Made by a program: the position numbers and the translations under genes. 37,137 bases of DNA from Callorhinchus milii (lineage: Eukaryota): the NCBI RefSeq assembly GCF_018977255.1, contig NW_024705524.1, forward strand, positions 1 through 37,137, in the 5' to 3' direction. The notes under the pieces are model-generated. The model had not been told where the DNA came from. It saw only the letters and a program-made list of their open reading frames with translations, and did no database searches. This document shows, in pieces, positions 36,951 to 37,137 of the stretch. Each line of letters starts with the position of its first letter. Within the stretch, counting starts at the first letter, position 1.

Positions 36951-37137
36951 ACTTACATTGAACAATGTTGTTGTTAACTTTAAAAGGAGCGCGCTTGTCG
37001 GGGTTGGAGTCCAGGGTTCGCGTTCTCCTCTGCGATTGGTCAGCGCAGGGTGACACGCCACGCCCCCTTTGGTTATTGCACGCCCCTACGTAGGCGCGAG
37101 ACTCCTCCCACTTCCTGGATAAGCCACGCCCCTCGCG
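36951..37137 (-). promoter_or_regulatory. Probable promoter and first non-coding exon of the zinc-finger gene
   Basis: CpG-rich; CCAAT (GATTGG ~37034); Sp/KLF CCACGCCCC at ~37058 and ~37124; - strand donor GTAAGT at 36956-36951. Confidence 0.5.

Overview
Eukaryotic (animal, probably vertebrate; lamprey-like is only a guess) repeat-dense region with no prokaryotic features. It contains: (i) three tandem degenerate copies of one hAT (Charlie/SPIN, GTF2IRD2-like) transposon and a full-length degenerate copy of a second hAT; (ii) a decayed Penelope-like retroelement (RT + GIY-YIG) and many short Penelope-type insertions, several of them long palindromes with 12-15 bp target-site duplications and minimal hammerhead ribozymes; (iii) two copies of a C2H2 zinc-finger gene segment and two orphan copies of fructosamine-3-kinase-family exon 1, inside multi-kb duplications; (iv) a (GGATGAGTGGGTGACT)n satellite, an LTR-like segment and Tigger/mariner ends; (v) a 30-N gap followed by a 5.4-kb featureless, random-looking block that cuts a zinc-finger exon mid-frame and may be artefactual. 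The most interesting real signal is the family of hammerhead-carrying fold-back Penelope-type elements.
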